Below are positions 15,444 through 24,411 of a stretch of 48,697 nucleotides of DNA, piece after piece. The DNA lies in the NCBI GenBank assembly GCA_045113475.1, contig JBGUIY010000068.1, forward strand, positions 1-48,697, written 5' to 3'. Positions within the stretch are counted from its first letter, which is position 1; the number at the start of each line of letters is the position of its first letter. The position numbers and the translations under genes are program-made. A model generated the notes under the pieces. The model was not told where the DNA came from and made no database searches. It was given only the letters and a program-made list of their open reading frames with translations. Source of the stretch: Christensenellales bacterium (GTDB lineage: Bacteria; Bacillota; Clostridia; Christensenellales; Aristaeellaceae).

Positions 15444-16286
15444 ATGAAAAAAATCCGGGCCATCCTGCTGGACTTTGACGGCACCAGCCTGCAGAGGGAT
15501 CAGGTCTATATTTCCATGGCGAACAAGCGCGCCTTGTGGAAAGCCATGGACAGGGGCGTCGAGATCATTCCCTGTACCGGCCGCAGCGCGGACATGCTGC
15601 CGCCGCAGATCGACACTGAAAAACGCATCCGCTACATCGTCTCTGCGAATGGGGGACGCGTGGTCGATCGCCTGACCGGCAAGGTCATTTTCCAGTCGAC
15701 CTTCACGCCGGAGGAAACGGCGGCCTTCTGCCGCATGTACGAGGGCGGGAAAATGTATTCGGAGATCGCGGCCGAGGGCAAGCTGTATCTGGAATCCGCC
15801 GTGTGCGCGGATCCCGGCCTGTATGCCGTGCCGCCGCATCACGTCTGGTTTATGGAAACGAGACGGCCGATCCCCCTGGAAAAGCCCTCTGAGTATTTTC
15901 TGGAGCACCGGATCGGCGCCGAAAAATTCAACCTGTACGGCGTGCCCGAGGAGATGCAGCAGCCGCTGATCCGGCAGATCGAGGCCTCCGGCTGTGCGGA
16001 TATGAGCGCCGGCGCGGGCAGGGACATCCAGTTCTTCCCCAAGCGCCAGAAGCGGGTGGAAGCCATGGAGGCCCTGTTCAAGCACCTGGGCTACGGCTTT
16101 GAAAGCGTCATGAGCCTCGGCGACAGCGCGCTGGACGCGGACATGATCTCCCGCGCCGGCATCGGCGTCGCCATGGGGAACGCGCCGGACGACATCAAGG
16201 CGCAGGCGGATTACGTCACCGCGCCCTACGATCAGGACGGCGTGGCGGAGGCGGTCTATAAATTCATTCTGAACGGAGAAAGGTGA
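15444..16286 (+). CDS. Cof-type HAD-IIB family phosphatase
   Basis: 280 aa. Motif I LLDFDGTSL and late motif GDSALDADM. GGAGGA RBS. Confidence 0.8.
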   Translation: MKKIRAILLDFDGTSLQRDQVYISMANKRALWKAMDRGVEIIPCTGRSADMLPPQIDTEKRIRYIVSANGGRVVDRLTGKVIFQSTFTPEETAAFCRMYEGGKMYSEIAAEGKLYLESAVCADPGLYAVPPHHVWFMETRRPIPLEKPSEYFLEHRIGAEKFNLYGVPEEMQQPLIRQIEASGCADMSAGAGRDIQFFPKRQKRVEAMEALFKHLGYGFESVMSLGDSALDADMISRAGIGVAMGNAPDDIKAQADYVTAPYDQDGVAEAVYKFILNGER

Positions 16287-16288
16287 CG

Positions 16289-17182
16289 ATGGACAAGCGT
16301 GCAACAGTCCCGGCGCCGCAGCATGATTACCTGGTCTGCATCGACTCGGACGGCTGCGCGTTCGACACCATGGAAATCAAGCACAAGGAGTGCTTCTGCC
16401 CCGCGTTCATCAAGGTGTTCGGCCTGCAGCCCATTTCCAAGTACGTGCGGGAGGCCTGGGAGTACGGCAATCTGTATTCCGTGCACCGGGGCCGCAGCCG
16501 CTTCATCGAGATCCTGCTGGTATTCGACTGGATGGCTGAACGCGAGGAGGTCAGGCGCCTCGGCTTCACGCTGCCGGACATTTCTTCCTTCCGCCGCTTT
16601 ATGGAAACGGCGCCTGCCGTCAACAACGATACGATCCGCGCCGAGGCGGACAAGGGCGATCCGGTGATGGCGACGGTGCTGGCCTGGTCTCTGGAAAGCA
16701 ACCAGCGCATCGCGGACATGGTGCACGGCATCCCGCCCTTTCCCGGCGTCAAGGAGAGCCTGGCGCGGCTCCGCGGCCGCGCGGACATCGCCATCGTGTC
16801 AGCCACCAATCCCCAGGCCCTGCGTCAGGAGTGGACGGAGCACGGCATGATCGGCGACGTGTACCGCCTCTGCTCCCAGGAGGACGGCACCAAGAAGGAA
16901 TGCATCGCGCAGATGAAGCCGAACTACGAGCCCGGCCATGTGCTGATGATCGGCGACGCTCCCGGGGATCAGGAGGCCGCGCACAGCAACGGCGCGCTTT
17001 TCTATCCGATCCGGCCCGGCGACGAGGTCGACAGCTGGCAGGAATTCCTGGACGACGGCCTGGAACGCTTCCTGGCCGGCCGTTACGCCGGCGAAGCGGA
17101 GCAGGGATATATCGCCCGCTTCAGCGAGTGCCTGCCCGACACGCCACCCTGGGAGCACGTGCCTAAGGGAACCCCTGATTAA
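16289..17182 (+). CDS. HAD superfamily hydrolase
   Basis: ATG 16289 lies 10 nt after GGAG; the alternative GTG 16283 overlaps the upstream stop. Motifs CIDSDGCAFD and MIGDAPGD. Confidence 0.65.
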   Translation: MDKRATVPAPQHDYLVCIDSDGCAFDTMEIKHKECFCPAFIKVFGLQPISKYVREAWEYGNLYSVHRGRSRFIEILLVFDWMAEREEVRRLGFTLPDISSFRRFMETAPAVNNDTIRAEADKGDPVMATVLAWSLESNQRIADMVHGIPPFPGVKESLARLRGRADIAIVSATNPQALRQEWTEHGMIGDVYRLCSQEDGTKKECIAQMKPNYEPGHVLMIGDAPGDQEAAHSNGALFYPIRPGDEVDSWQEFLDDGLERFLAGRYAGEAEQGYIARFSECLPDTPPWEHVPKGTPD

Positions 17183-17560
17183 TTCGGCGGACTCTCACTT
17201 CGCCATTGTCGCCTCACTGCGCTGCTTACGCAGCTTGCGAGGCTCTGTGGCTCATTGGGACTCCTCCCACCTTCATCGCCCACTGGGCGCGGTGGGATTC
17301 GTCCCATCTGGCACATGTCTAATCCGCTCTGATTTCGCCTCATTCCGATCGACGTAGCCTTGCATGTCATGCGCGGTGCGCGAGACGCTTGCGTCCCGCG
17401 GTGCGTGCGCGAATCAATTACGTCTCACTCCATACGGCTTCATCAGCCCAAATTATCCATGTACCATCTGACCACCTCATTTAATCAGTGTTTCCCTAAT
17501 TTGTAACAAGCCTGGCTGGACGTCGGGTTTGCAATATTATTCAATTGAGGAGGAAAAACC

Positions 17561-18568
17561 ATGAAAAAGCTTCTTTGTGCCCTGCTGCTACTCACGATCG
17601 TGCTGTCCAGCGTGCCCGTATTCGCTGAAGAGCCGGATACCAACAAGCTGGTGCTGTACACCTCTGCCGGCAAGTCTGAGTATGAGCTGATCACGAACGC
17701 GTTCAAGGAAAAGTATCCGAATATCGAAATCGAGATCGTTTCCGGCGGCACCGGCGACATGGCTGCCCGCATCCGCGCTGAGGCGGCTGCTCCCTATGGC
17801 GACGTCATGATGGGCGGCGGCAACACCATTTATCGCAGCATCGAAGACTGCCTGGTTCCCTACAGGAGCGCCGAAGCCGATAACCTTTTCAAGGAATTCA
17901 TGCCGGAAGACGACCTCTTCACCCCCTGCTACATCAACGTGAACTCCATCATCGTCAACAAGACGCAGCTTGAAAAGCTGGGCGTCACCGTAGACGGCTG
18001 GGAGAGCCTCTGCAACCCCGCTCTGAGGGGCAAGGTTTCCTTCGCGAATCCCGCCGGCGCCGGTTCCGCGCTGGAAGCGGTGGTGAACATGCTGGCTGCC
18101 ATGAGCCCCACCGGCAAGGTGGAAGACGGCTGGGACTATGTGACCCGCTTTGTTGAGAACCTGGACGGCAAGTTCGCGTCCGGCTCCTCTGCCGCCTACA
18201 AGGCTGTTGTGGAAGGTGAATATCCCGTCGGCATCTGCAACGAGGACAAGACCATCTCCTACATGAAGGACGGCGCGGATGTCTATGCCGTGTATGCCAA
18301 GGAAGGCATCACCCTGCGCTCCTCCAACATCGCGCTCATGAAGGGCGGCGCGAATCCGAAGAACGCGAAGCTGTTTATCGACTTCGTTGTGTCCAAAGAA
18401 TGCCAGACCGCGATGGAAGCGGGCGTCAATACCCGTCCTATCCGCGGCGACGTGCCCATGACCACCGAAGGCCGTGTCAAGACCGAAGATATCATTCAGA
18501 TCGCATACCCTGTTGTGGACTCCGATGAGATCAAGGCGCACTTCCAGGATATCGTAACTTCTTTCTGA
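17561..18568 (+). CDS. ABC transporter substrate-binding protein (Fe3+/thiamine/polyamine-type family 1)
   Basis: 335 aa. Signal peptide MKKLLCALLLLTIVLSSVPVFA. GAGGAGGA RBS. LVLYTS...GGTGD layout typical of AfuA/FbpA-like binding proteins. Confidence 0.8.
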   Translation: MKKLLCALLLLTIVLSSVPVFAEEPDTNKLVLYTSAGKSEYELITNAFKEKYPNIEIEIVSGGTGDMAARIRAEAAAPYGDVMMGGGNTIYRSIEDCLVPYRSAEADNLFKEFMPEDDLFTPCYINVNSIIVNKTQLEKLGVTVDGWESLCNPALRGKVSFANPAGAGSALEAVVNMLAAMSPTGKVEDGWDYVTRFVENLDGKFASGSSAAYKAVVEGEYPVGICNEDKTISYMKDGADVYAVYAKEGITLRSSNIALMKGGANPKNAKLFIDFVVSKECQTAMEAGVNTRPIRGDVPMTTEGRVKTEDIIQIAYPVVDSDEIKAHFQDIVTSF

Positions 18569-18604
18569 TGCGGATCAAACCGAATATTCCCTGATTGTGT
18601 TTAC

Positions 18605-18638
18605 GCCTGCCGTCTTCTCTCCGGAGAAGGCGGCAGGC
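18605..18638 (+). other. intercistronic stem-loop between the binding-protein and ATPase genes
   Basis: 15-bp stem GCCTGCCGTCTTCTC (18605-18619) pairs with GAGAAGGCGGCAGGC (18624-18638), one G-U pair. No T-run follows, so it is more likely an mRNA-processing or stability element than a terminator. Confidence 0.6.
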
Positions 18639-18667
18639 AAACAACTACTTTTACGGAGTGAAGAATT

Positions 18668-19774
18668 ATGGCAGTAGCGATTCATATCAAGAACGTCATG
18701 AAAAAGTACGAGGATAACGTGGTCATCCGAAACCTGTCAGCGGACATGCAGCCCGGTGAACTGTTCACACTGCTCGGGCCTTCCGGATGCGGGAAAACGA
18801 CACTGCTGAGGATGATCGCCGGTTTCAACTCGGTGGAGGCAGGCACCATCGCCTTTGATGACAAAGTTATCAACAATATCCCCGTGCACAAGCGGAATTT
18901 TGGCATGGTGTTCCAGAACTATGCGATCTTCCCCAATATGACGGTGTACCGGAACATCGAATACGGCCTGAAGAACAAGAAGCTGGACAAGCAGGAAATC
19001 AAACGCCGGGTCGAGGAGATCATGGAGACCGTACAGATCACCCAGTATAAGGATCGCTACCCGAACAAGCTCTCCGGCGGCCAGCAGCAGCGCGTGGCGC
19101 TGGCCCGCGCCATCGTGGTGCAGCCGCAGGTGCTGCTGATGGACGAGCCCCTTTCCAACCTGGACGCCAAGCTGCGCATCGAGATGCGCGAGGCGATCCG
19201 GGAGGTGCAGAAGAAGATCGGAATCACTACCGTCTATGTTACCCACGACCAGGAGGAAGCGCTGGCCATCTCCGACCGCATCGCCGTTATGAACAAGGGC
19301 GATATTCAGCAGATCGAAATGCCGGAGAACATCTACTCCCGTCCCTACAACACCTTTGTCGCTGACTTCATCGGCCACAGCAACCGCTTCCTGGGCACGG
19401 TGACGGGACAGGCCGACGGCGAGACCATGATCCACATGGAGACCGGGCTGCCGATCTCTGTGAGGAATGTCATGCCTGCCGCCAAGGGGACCGAAGTTCT
19501 TGTATACGTGCGCCCCGAGGAATTCATTTTCACCGACGCTGAGCATGGCATGAAGGCCACCGTGAAGGTCAAGCGCTTCCTGGGCAAGTATATCCACTAC
19601 GTGGTGGACTGCGGTACCGGCAGGAACGTCGAGGTGACGGCGGACACCAGCAGCGCGGAGCGCATTCACCAGCCCGGCGAGACGATCTACCTGGGCATCA
19701 ATGTCAACCGTGTGAACCTGTTCGACAAGGAGAAGGAGACGACCCTGCTGGAAGGGGTGGAAAGCCATGTTTAA
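18668..19774 (+). CDS. ABC transporter ATP-binding protein (PotA/FbpC-like)
   Basis: Walker A GPSGCGKTT, signature LSGGQQQRVALARA, Walker B LLMDEPLS. C-terminal TOBE-like extension. Confidence 0.85.
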   Translation: MAVAIHIKNVMKKYEDNVVIRNLSADMQPGELFTLLGPSGCGKTTLLRMIAGFNSVEAGTIAFDDKVINNIPVHKRNFGMVFQNYAIFPNMTVYRNIEYGLKNKKLDKQEIKRRVEEIMETVQITQYKDRYPNKLSGGQQQRVALARAIVVQPQVLLMDEPLSNLDAKLRIEMREAIREVQKKIGITTVYVTHDQEEALAISDRIAVMNKGDIQQIEMPENIYSRPYNTFVADFIGHSNRFLGTVTGQADGETMIHMETGLPISVRNVMPAAKGTEVLVYVRPEEFIFTDAEHGMKATVKVKRFLGKYIHYVVDCGTGRNVEVTADTSSAERIHQPGETIYLGINVNRVNLFDKEKETTLLEGVESHV

Positions 19775-21416
19775 AAAAGGCGTCCGCTTCGATTTCTGGG
19801 CCTTTGTCGGCCTGCTTTCCCTGATCTTCTTCGGATTGTTTCTGGTCATCCCCGTGATCCGGATGCTGGTTTTCTCCGTGCAGAAAGGGGACGCTGTTTT
19901 TACCTTTGATAATTTCGCGCGCTTCTTTTCCCGCAAGTATTATACGCGCGCCCTGGGCAACAGCATCAAGGTGGTCTCTGCCGCGACCCTGCTGGTCATG
20001 CTCATCGGCGTGCCGCTGGCTTACATCACCACCACCTTCAAGATCAGGGGCAACCGCCTCATCAACATCCTGATCGTCATTTCCATGCTGTCCCCGCCTT
20101 TCCTGGGCGCGTATTCCTGGATCCTGATGCTGGGCCGCAACGGTGAGATCACCCAATACCTGAACAAACTGGGCATCGAGCTTCCCAGCATTTACGGCTT
20201 CGGCGGCATCCTGCTGGTGTTCACTTTAAAGCTGTTCCCGTACATCTACATGTATACCAAAGGCGCGCTGAAGAAAGTAGACGCCTCCCTGGGCGAGGCT
20301 GCGGAAAGCCTGGGCTACCACGGCATCCAGAAAGTGCTCAAAGTCAGCCTGCCGCTGGTGCTGCCGACGATCCTTGCCGGCGCTACCATCGTGTTCCTGC
20401 GCGCGTTTGCCGATTACGGCACGCCGTACCTGCTGGGCGAGGGCTACAACACCATGCCCGTTATCGTCTATCAGGAATGGGTCAGTGAAACCGGCGCCAA
20501 CGCGTCCTTTGCTTCCGCCGTGGCCATGATCATGATCGTCATCGCCGCTCTGGTTTTCCTGATCCAGAAATGGATCACCAGCCGGAAGAACTACACCATG
20601 AGCATGCTGAATCCCATTCAGCCCAAACAGCTCCACGGGATCCTCAACGTGCTTGCCCATGCTTATGTGTACCTGATCGTGGCGCTGGCGACGCTGCCGC
20701 AGATCTACATCATCCTGATCTCCTTCCGCAACACCAAGGGCGTCATGTGGGCGGAGGGCTACAGCTTCTCCAGCTATATCAATGTTTTCACCCAGTCCCT
20801 GAGCTCCATCCTGAATACCTTCGAGTTCGGCGTCATCGCCATCATCATCGTTGTCGTGCTGGGTACGCTGTTCGCTTATCTGACAGTGCGCAAGACCAAT
20901 TTCTTTTCCAAGATCCTGGATGTCTTCATCATGTTCCCTTACGTCATTCCCGGTACGATTTTCGGCCTTCTCCTTCTGATGACCTACAATCAGCCCCCGC
21001 TGGTGCTGTCCGGTACGGCAGCCATCATTATCATATCCTATGTCATACGAAGGATGCCGTATACGGTCCGCTCCAGCGCGGCGATCCTCAGGCAGATCAG
21101 CCCGAGCATCGACGAGGCCTCGGCCAGCCTGGGCTACGGCTCCATGCAGACGTTCTTCAATGTGACCATGCCGGTGATGGTGCCGGGCGTCGTATCCGGC
21201 GCGATCCTGTCCTGGATCACGATCCTGAACGAGCTGTCCTCTACGCTGATGCTGTATGTGGGCCGTACGCAGACCATGACGGTCACCATCTTTCAGGAGA
21301 TCAGCCGCGGCGGCTACGGAACGGCGGCAGCGCTCTCCACGATCCTGACCGTTACGATGATCACCTCGCTGCTGATCTTCTTCAAGATCACCAAGTCGGA
21401 GGATATCGACCTGTAG
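19767..21416 (+). CDS. ABC transporter permease, fused double-domain (FbpB/ThiP-like)
   Basis: 549 aa with about 12 hydrophobic helices. Two EAA-type loops (EAAESLGY..., EASASLGY...). Start overlaps the ATPase stop. Confidence 0.85.
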   Translation: MFKKGVRFDFWAFVGLLSLIFFGLFLVIPVIRMLVFSVQKGDAVFTFDNFARFFSRKYYTRALGNSIKVVSAATLLVMLIGVPLAYITTTFKIRGNRLINILIVISMLSPPFLGAYSWILMLGRNGEITQYLNKLGIELPSIYGFGGILLVFTLKLFPYIYMYTKGALKKVDASLGEAAESLGYHGIQKVLKVSLPLVLPTILAGATIVFLRAFADYGTPYLLGEGYNTMPVIVYQEWVSETGANASFASAVAMIMIVIAALVFLIQKWITSRKNYTMSMLNPIQPKQLHGILNVLAHAYVYLIVALATLPQIYIILISFRNTKGVMWAEGYSFSSYINVFTQSLSSILNTFEFGVIAIIIVVVLGTLFAYLTVRKTNFFSKILDVFIMFPYVIPGTIFGLLLLMTYNQPPLVLSGTAAIIIISYVIRRMPYTVRSSAAILRQISPSIDEASASLGYGSMQTFFNVTMPVMVPGVVSGAILSWITILNELSSTLMLYVGRTQTMTVTIFQEISRGGYGTAAALSTILTVTMITSLLIFFKITKSEDIDL

Positions 21417-21433
21417 CCGCGTGACGCAAAGCG

Positions 21434-21464
21434 GGCCCGTCTTGTCCGGACGGGCCTGTTTTCT
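21434..21464 (+). terminator. rho-independent terminator of the ABC operon
   Basis: GGCCCGTC (21434-21441) pairs with GACGGGCC (21449-21456). Followed by TGTTTTCT. Confidence 0.65.
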
Positions 21465-21470
21465 GCAATC

Positions 21471-21499
21471 TTGACACACTGCGTGATCGAAAATATAAT
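21471..21499 (+). promoter_or_regulatory. consensus sigma-70 promoter for nagB-nagA
   Basis: TTGACA (21471-21476), 17-nt spacer, TATAAT (21494-21499). Confidence 0.55.
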
Positions 21500-21531
21500 G
21501 AAACTACAGAAAAAACGGGGAGGAATGCATT

Positions 21532-22278
21532 ATGGAGATTCGTATCACAGCCACGCCGGAGGAGTTGGGACGCAGCGCCGCCCGCCACGCGGCTTATCTG
21601 CTGAATCAGGCGATCCGTGAGCGCGGGGAGGCGAGGCTGCTGCTCTCCACCGGCGCTTCGCAGTTTGAGACGCTTCAGGCCCTCGTCCGGGAGGACGTGC
21701 AGTGGAACAAAGTGACCATGTTCCACCTGGACGAGTATGTGGACCTGCCCGAGACGCATATCGCCAGCTTCCGTAAATACCTGAAGGAGCGCTTCATTTC
21801 CAAGGTGCCGCTGAAGGCTGCCTGGCTGGTGGACGGCACGCGGGAGGGCATCGCCCGCATTACCGAAGAGGTGCGCCGGGCGCCGATCGACGTGGGCCTG
21901 GTGGGCATCGGTGAAAATTCCCATATCGCCTTCAACGATCCGCCCGCCGACCTGAACACCAGGGAAGCTTATATCATCGTGAATCTTGACGACCGCTGCA
22001 AGCGCCAGCAGGTGGGCGAAGGCTGGTTTGCCACGGTGGACGATGTGCCGAAGCAGGCGGTCTCCATGACCGTGTACCAGATCCTTCAGTGCCGTACAAT
22101 CCTCTCCTGCGTGCCGCACGCGGTGAAGGCGGACGCGGTATACAAGGCGCTGTACGTGCCTCAGGACGCCATGTCGCCCGCGGCGCAGCTGCGCTCCCAT
22201 CCGGACTGGACGCTGTACGTCGACCGCTTTGCGGCTGAAAAGATCCTGACTGCCGGGCTGCGCTGGACGGAAGCATGA
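21532..22278 (+). CDS. nagB: glucosamine-6-phosphate deaminase
   Basis: 248 aa. LSTGASQ, FHLDEYV and IGENSHIAFNDP motifs of the NagB/6-phosphogluconolactonase family. Followed by nagA with an ATGA overlap. Confidence 0.85.
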   Translation: MEIRITATPEELGRSAARHAAYLLNQAIRERGEARLLLSTGASQFETLQALVREDVQWNKVTMFHLDEYVDLPETHIASFRKYLKERFISKVPLKAAWLVDGTREGIARITEEVRRAPIDVGLVGIGENSHIAFNDPPADLNTREAYIIVNLDDRCKRQQVGEGWFATVDDVPKQAVSMTVYQILQCRTILSCVPHAVKADAVYKALYVPQDAMSPAAQLRSHPDWTLYVDRFAAEKILTAGLRWTEA

Positions 22279-23450
22279 CAACGCTGATCGAAAATGCCCG
22301 CCTGGTGCTGCCTGACCGGGTGACGGATCCCGGATGGCTGCTGATGGGCGGGGAGACCATCCTCAACCTCGGCGAGGGCCGTCCTTCCGCCGCCGCGGAG
22401 CGGCGCGTCGACGCCGAAGGCGCATACCTGACGCCCGGCCTCATCGACATGCACGTGCACGGCGGGGACGGCGCAGACTTCATGGACGCTACGGAGGACG
22501 CCTTTGAGCGCGTGGCGCGGGTGCACCTGCGCCACGGCACCACGTCCCTGCTGCCGACCACCATGTCGAGCTCCATGGAGGAACTGCTGGCGCTGATCGC
22601 CTGCTACCGGCGGGTGAAAGGGCATAAAGAGGGCATGCCGCACCTCCTGGGCCTGCACCTGGAGGGGCCTTTCCTGGCCGCCTCCCAGGCCGGCGCCCAG
22701 GATCCGAAATACCTCTATCCGCCGAAACCGGAGTATTACCTGCCCCTGCTGGAAGCAGGCGCGGGCGATATCCGGCGGGTATCCGCCGCGGTGGAACTGC
22801 CCGGCGCGCTGGAAATGGGGGACGAGCTCACCCAGCGCGGGATCCTTGCCGCCGTGGCCCACAGCGATGCGGAGTACGCGCAGGTGATGGCGGGCATGGC
22901 CCATGGCTACACGCACCTGACGCACTTCTATTCCGGCATGTCCGGACTGCGTCGCGTCGGCGCGTACCGCCGCCTGGGCCTGATCGAAAGCGCTTATCTG
23001 GAGGACGGACTGACGGTGGAGATCATCGCCGACGGCAAGCACCTGCCGCCGGAGCTGCTGCGCCTGATCGTCAAGGGCATCGGCATCCCCCGCATCTCCC
23101 TGATCACGGACGCCATGCGCGGCACAGGACTGCCCAACGGCAGCCGGGTGCGCCTTGGCAGTCTGGACAACGGCCAGATGACCGTCATCGAGGATGACGT
23201 GGCCTTCATGCCGGACCACTCCTGCTTTGCCGGCAGCGTCTGCACGGCGGACCGCTGCATCCGCACGATGGTCCGGCTGGCGGGGGTGAGCCTGCCCGAA
23301 GCAGTGCGCATGATGACGCTGAATCCCGCCCGCCTGCTGAAGCTGGAGGGCCGCAAGGGCGCGCTGTGCCGGGGCATGGACGCCGACCTGTGCCTGTTTG
23401 ACGATACGCTGCATGTGCGGCGGGTGTTCGTCGGCGGCAGGGAAGCCTGA
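22275..23450 (+). CDS. nagA: N-acetylglucosamine-6-phosphate deacetylase
   Basis: 391 aa. GLIDMHVHGG metal site, HLEGPF, and AHSDA/THFYSGM motifs of amidohydrolase NagA. Confidence 0.85.
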   Translation: MTTLIENARLVLPDRVTDPGWLLMGGETILNLGEGRPSAAAERRVDAEGAYLTPGLIDMHVHGGDGADFMDATEDAFERVARVHLRHGTTSLLPTTMSSSMEELLALIACYRRVKGHKEGMPHLLGLHLEGPFLAASQAGAQDPKYLYPPKPEYYLPLLEAGAGDIRRVSAAVELPGALEMGDELTQRGILAAVAHSDAEYAQVMAGMAHGYTHLTHFYSGMSGLRRVGAYRRLGLIESAYLEDGLTVEIIADGKHLPPELLRLIVKGIGIPRISLITDAMRGTGLPNGSRVRLGSLDNGQMTVIEDDVAFMPDHSCFAGSVCTADRCIRTMVRLAGVSLPEAVRMMTLNPARLLKLEGRKGALCRGMDADLCLFDDTLHVRRVFVGGREA

Positions 23451-23471
23451 CAGGAAGTACACAATGAAAGG

Positions 23472-23503
23472 GCCGCCGGTACAGCATCACGCTGTACGGC
23501 GGC
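23472..23503 (+). terminator. hairpin after nagA
   Basis: GCCGCCGGTACAGC-ATCAC-GCTGTACGGCGGC. The trailing T-tract is weak. Confidence 0.45.
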
Positions 23504-23515
23504 TCTTGGTTCCAT

Positions 23516-23673
23516 ACTAATTCTCACCTAAAACATGCACATCTGTGGGCGGCTTTTGCGACATCTCAGCGTCAGCCGTCCTCACCGTATCTACGGATAC
23601 GCTTTCGGACGTCTTCCTTGACCTGTCCCAAAATCCATCCCACATATGCACATTTATTTAGATGAGAATTAGT
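23516..23673. repeat. 158-bp element flanked by 17-bp terminal inverted repeats (MITE-like)
   Basis: ACTAATTCTCACCTAAA (23516-23532) and TTTAGATGAGAATTAGT (23657-23673) are 16/17 complementary. The 124-nt interior has no ORF. Confidence 0.4.
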
Positions 23674-23674
23674 A

Positions 23675-24088
23675 TTATTCGGATGTTTCGGTGCCTTTCA
23701 GGCCCTCTTCGTTCAGCTTCGGGCACTGGCGGCAGGGGGAGAGGAGGGCGGACGTGTCCAGCGTGAACTGCTGTCTGGACCAGGCGCAGATGTCCTGCAG
23801 CAGTGGGATGGCGCTTTCGCCCTTCTCTGTCAGGCAGTATTCCACGCGGGGCGGGATCTCGTTGAAGGCTTCCCGCCGGATGACCCCTTCCGTCAGCAGC
23901 TCCTGCAGCGCGCCGGTCAGGACGGCGTCCGTGATATCGCCCAGCTCGCTGCGGAGCTGGTGGAAGCGCAGGGGCTTGTGCTGGCTTAGGACGCAGAGGA
24001 TCCGGGCTTTCCACTTGCCGCCGAAGACCCTCAGCCCGTATTCGAAGGGACAGCGCTGTACCTGCTCGATCTTCTTTTTGTATGTCAT
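23675..24088 (-). CDS. HxlR family transcriptional regulator
   Basis: 137 aa. CPFEYGLRVFGGKWKARIL...LRFHQL...ITDAVLTGALQELLTEGVIRRE...PPRVEYCLTEKG is the canonical HxlR winged-helix pattern. AGGAGG 6 nt upstream. Confidence 0.85.
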   Translation of the reverse strand: MTYKKKIEQVQRCPFEYGLRVFGGKWKARILCVLSQHKPLRFHQLRSELGDITDAVLTGALQELLTEGVIRREAFNEIPPRVEYCLTEKGESAIPLLQDICAWSRQQFTLDTSALLSPCRQCPKLNEEGLKGTETSE

Positions 24089-24277
24089 GCGGATCCTCCT
24101 GAAAGTTCATGCGGATCTGATATTGTCCGGAATCTGGCTGTTTGAAGCGGGTGATGCCCTGCCGAGGTCAGCCGGCGGTGCCCCGGCATCGTCTTCCCCG
24201 GGCGCTTTGCGCGGCATGTCCTTCCGGCAGCGTTTCATGGCCGGGACAGAGATGATTATATAATAAAAAAGCGAAAA

Positions 24278-24322
24278 ATCAACATATAACTATTAAAATA
24301 AATAGTTGCAATTAATGTTGAT
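24278..24322. promoter_or_regulatory. nested palindrome, candidate operator in the hxlR/flavoprotein divergent region
   Basis: Outer arms ATCAACAT (24278-24285) and ATGTTGAT (24315-24322) are perfect complements. Inner arms AACTATT (24288-24294) and AATAGTT (24301-24307) are perfect complements. Ends 8 nt upstream of the -35 box. Confidence 0.45.
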
Positions 24323-24329
24323 ATAAACA

Positions 24330-24357
24330 TTGACTCGGGCGAAAAATCCGGTACAAT
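24330..24357 (+). promoter_or_regulatory. sigma-70-like promoter for 24412-25359
   Basis: TTGACT (24330-24335), 16-nt spacer, TACAAT (24352-24357). Confidence 0.45.
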
Positions 24358-24411
24358 AATAGTACTGGTATTCTACTGGTGAATAATACCGTAAGCAAAG
24401 GAGAGATATTT

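Noticed and set aside
17264-17300. GGTGGGATTCGTCCCA, considered as a tRNA T-arm or tRNA fragment that could mark an integration site.
   Set aside because: No acceptor stem, anticodon arm or D-arm can be drawn around it. The loop does not match the GTTCRANNC T-loop consensus.
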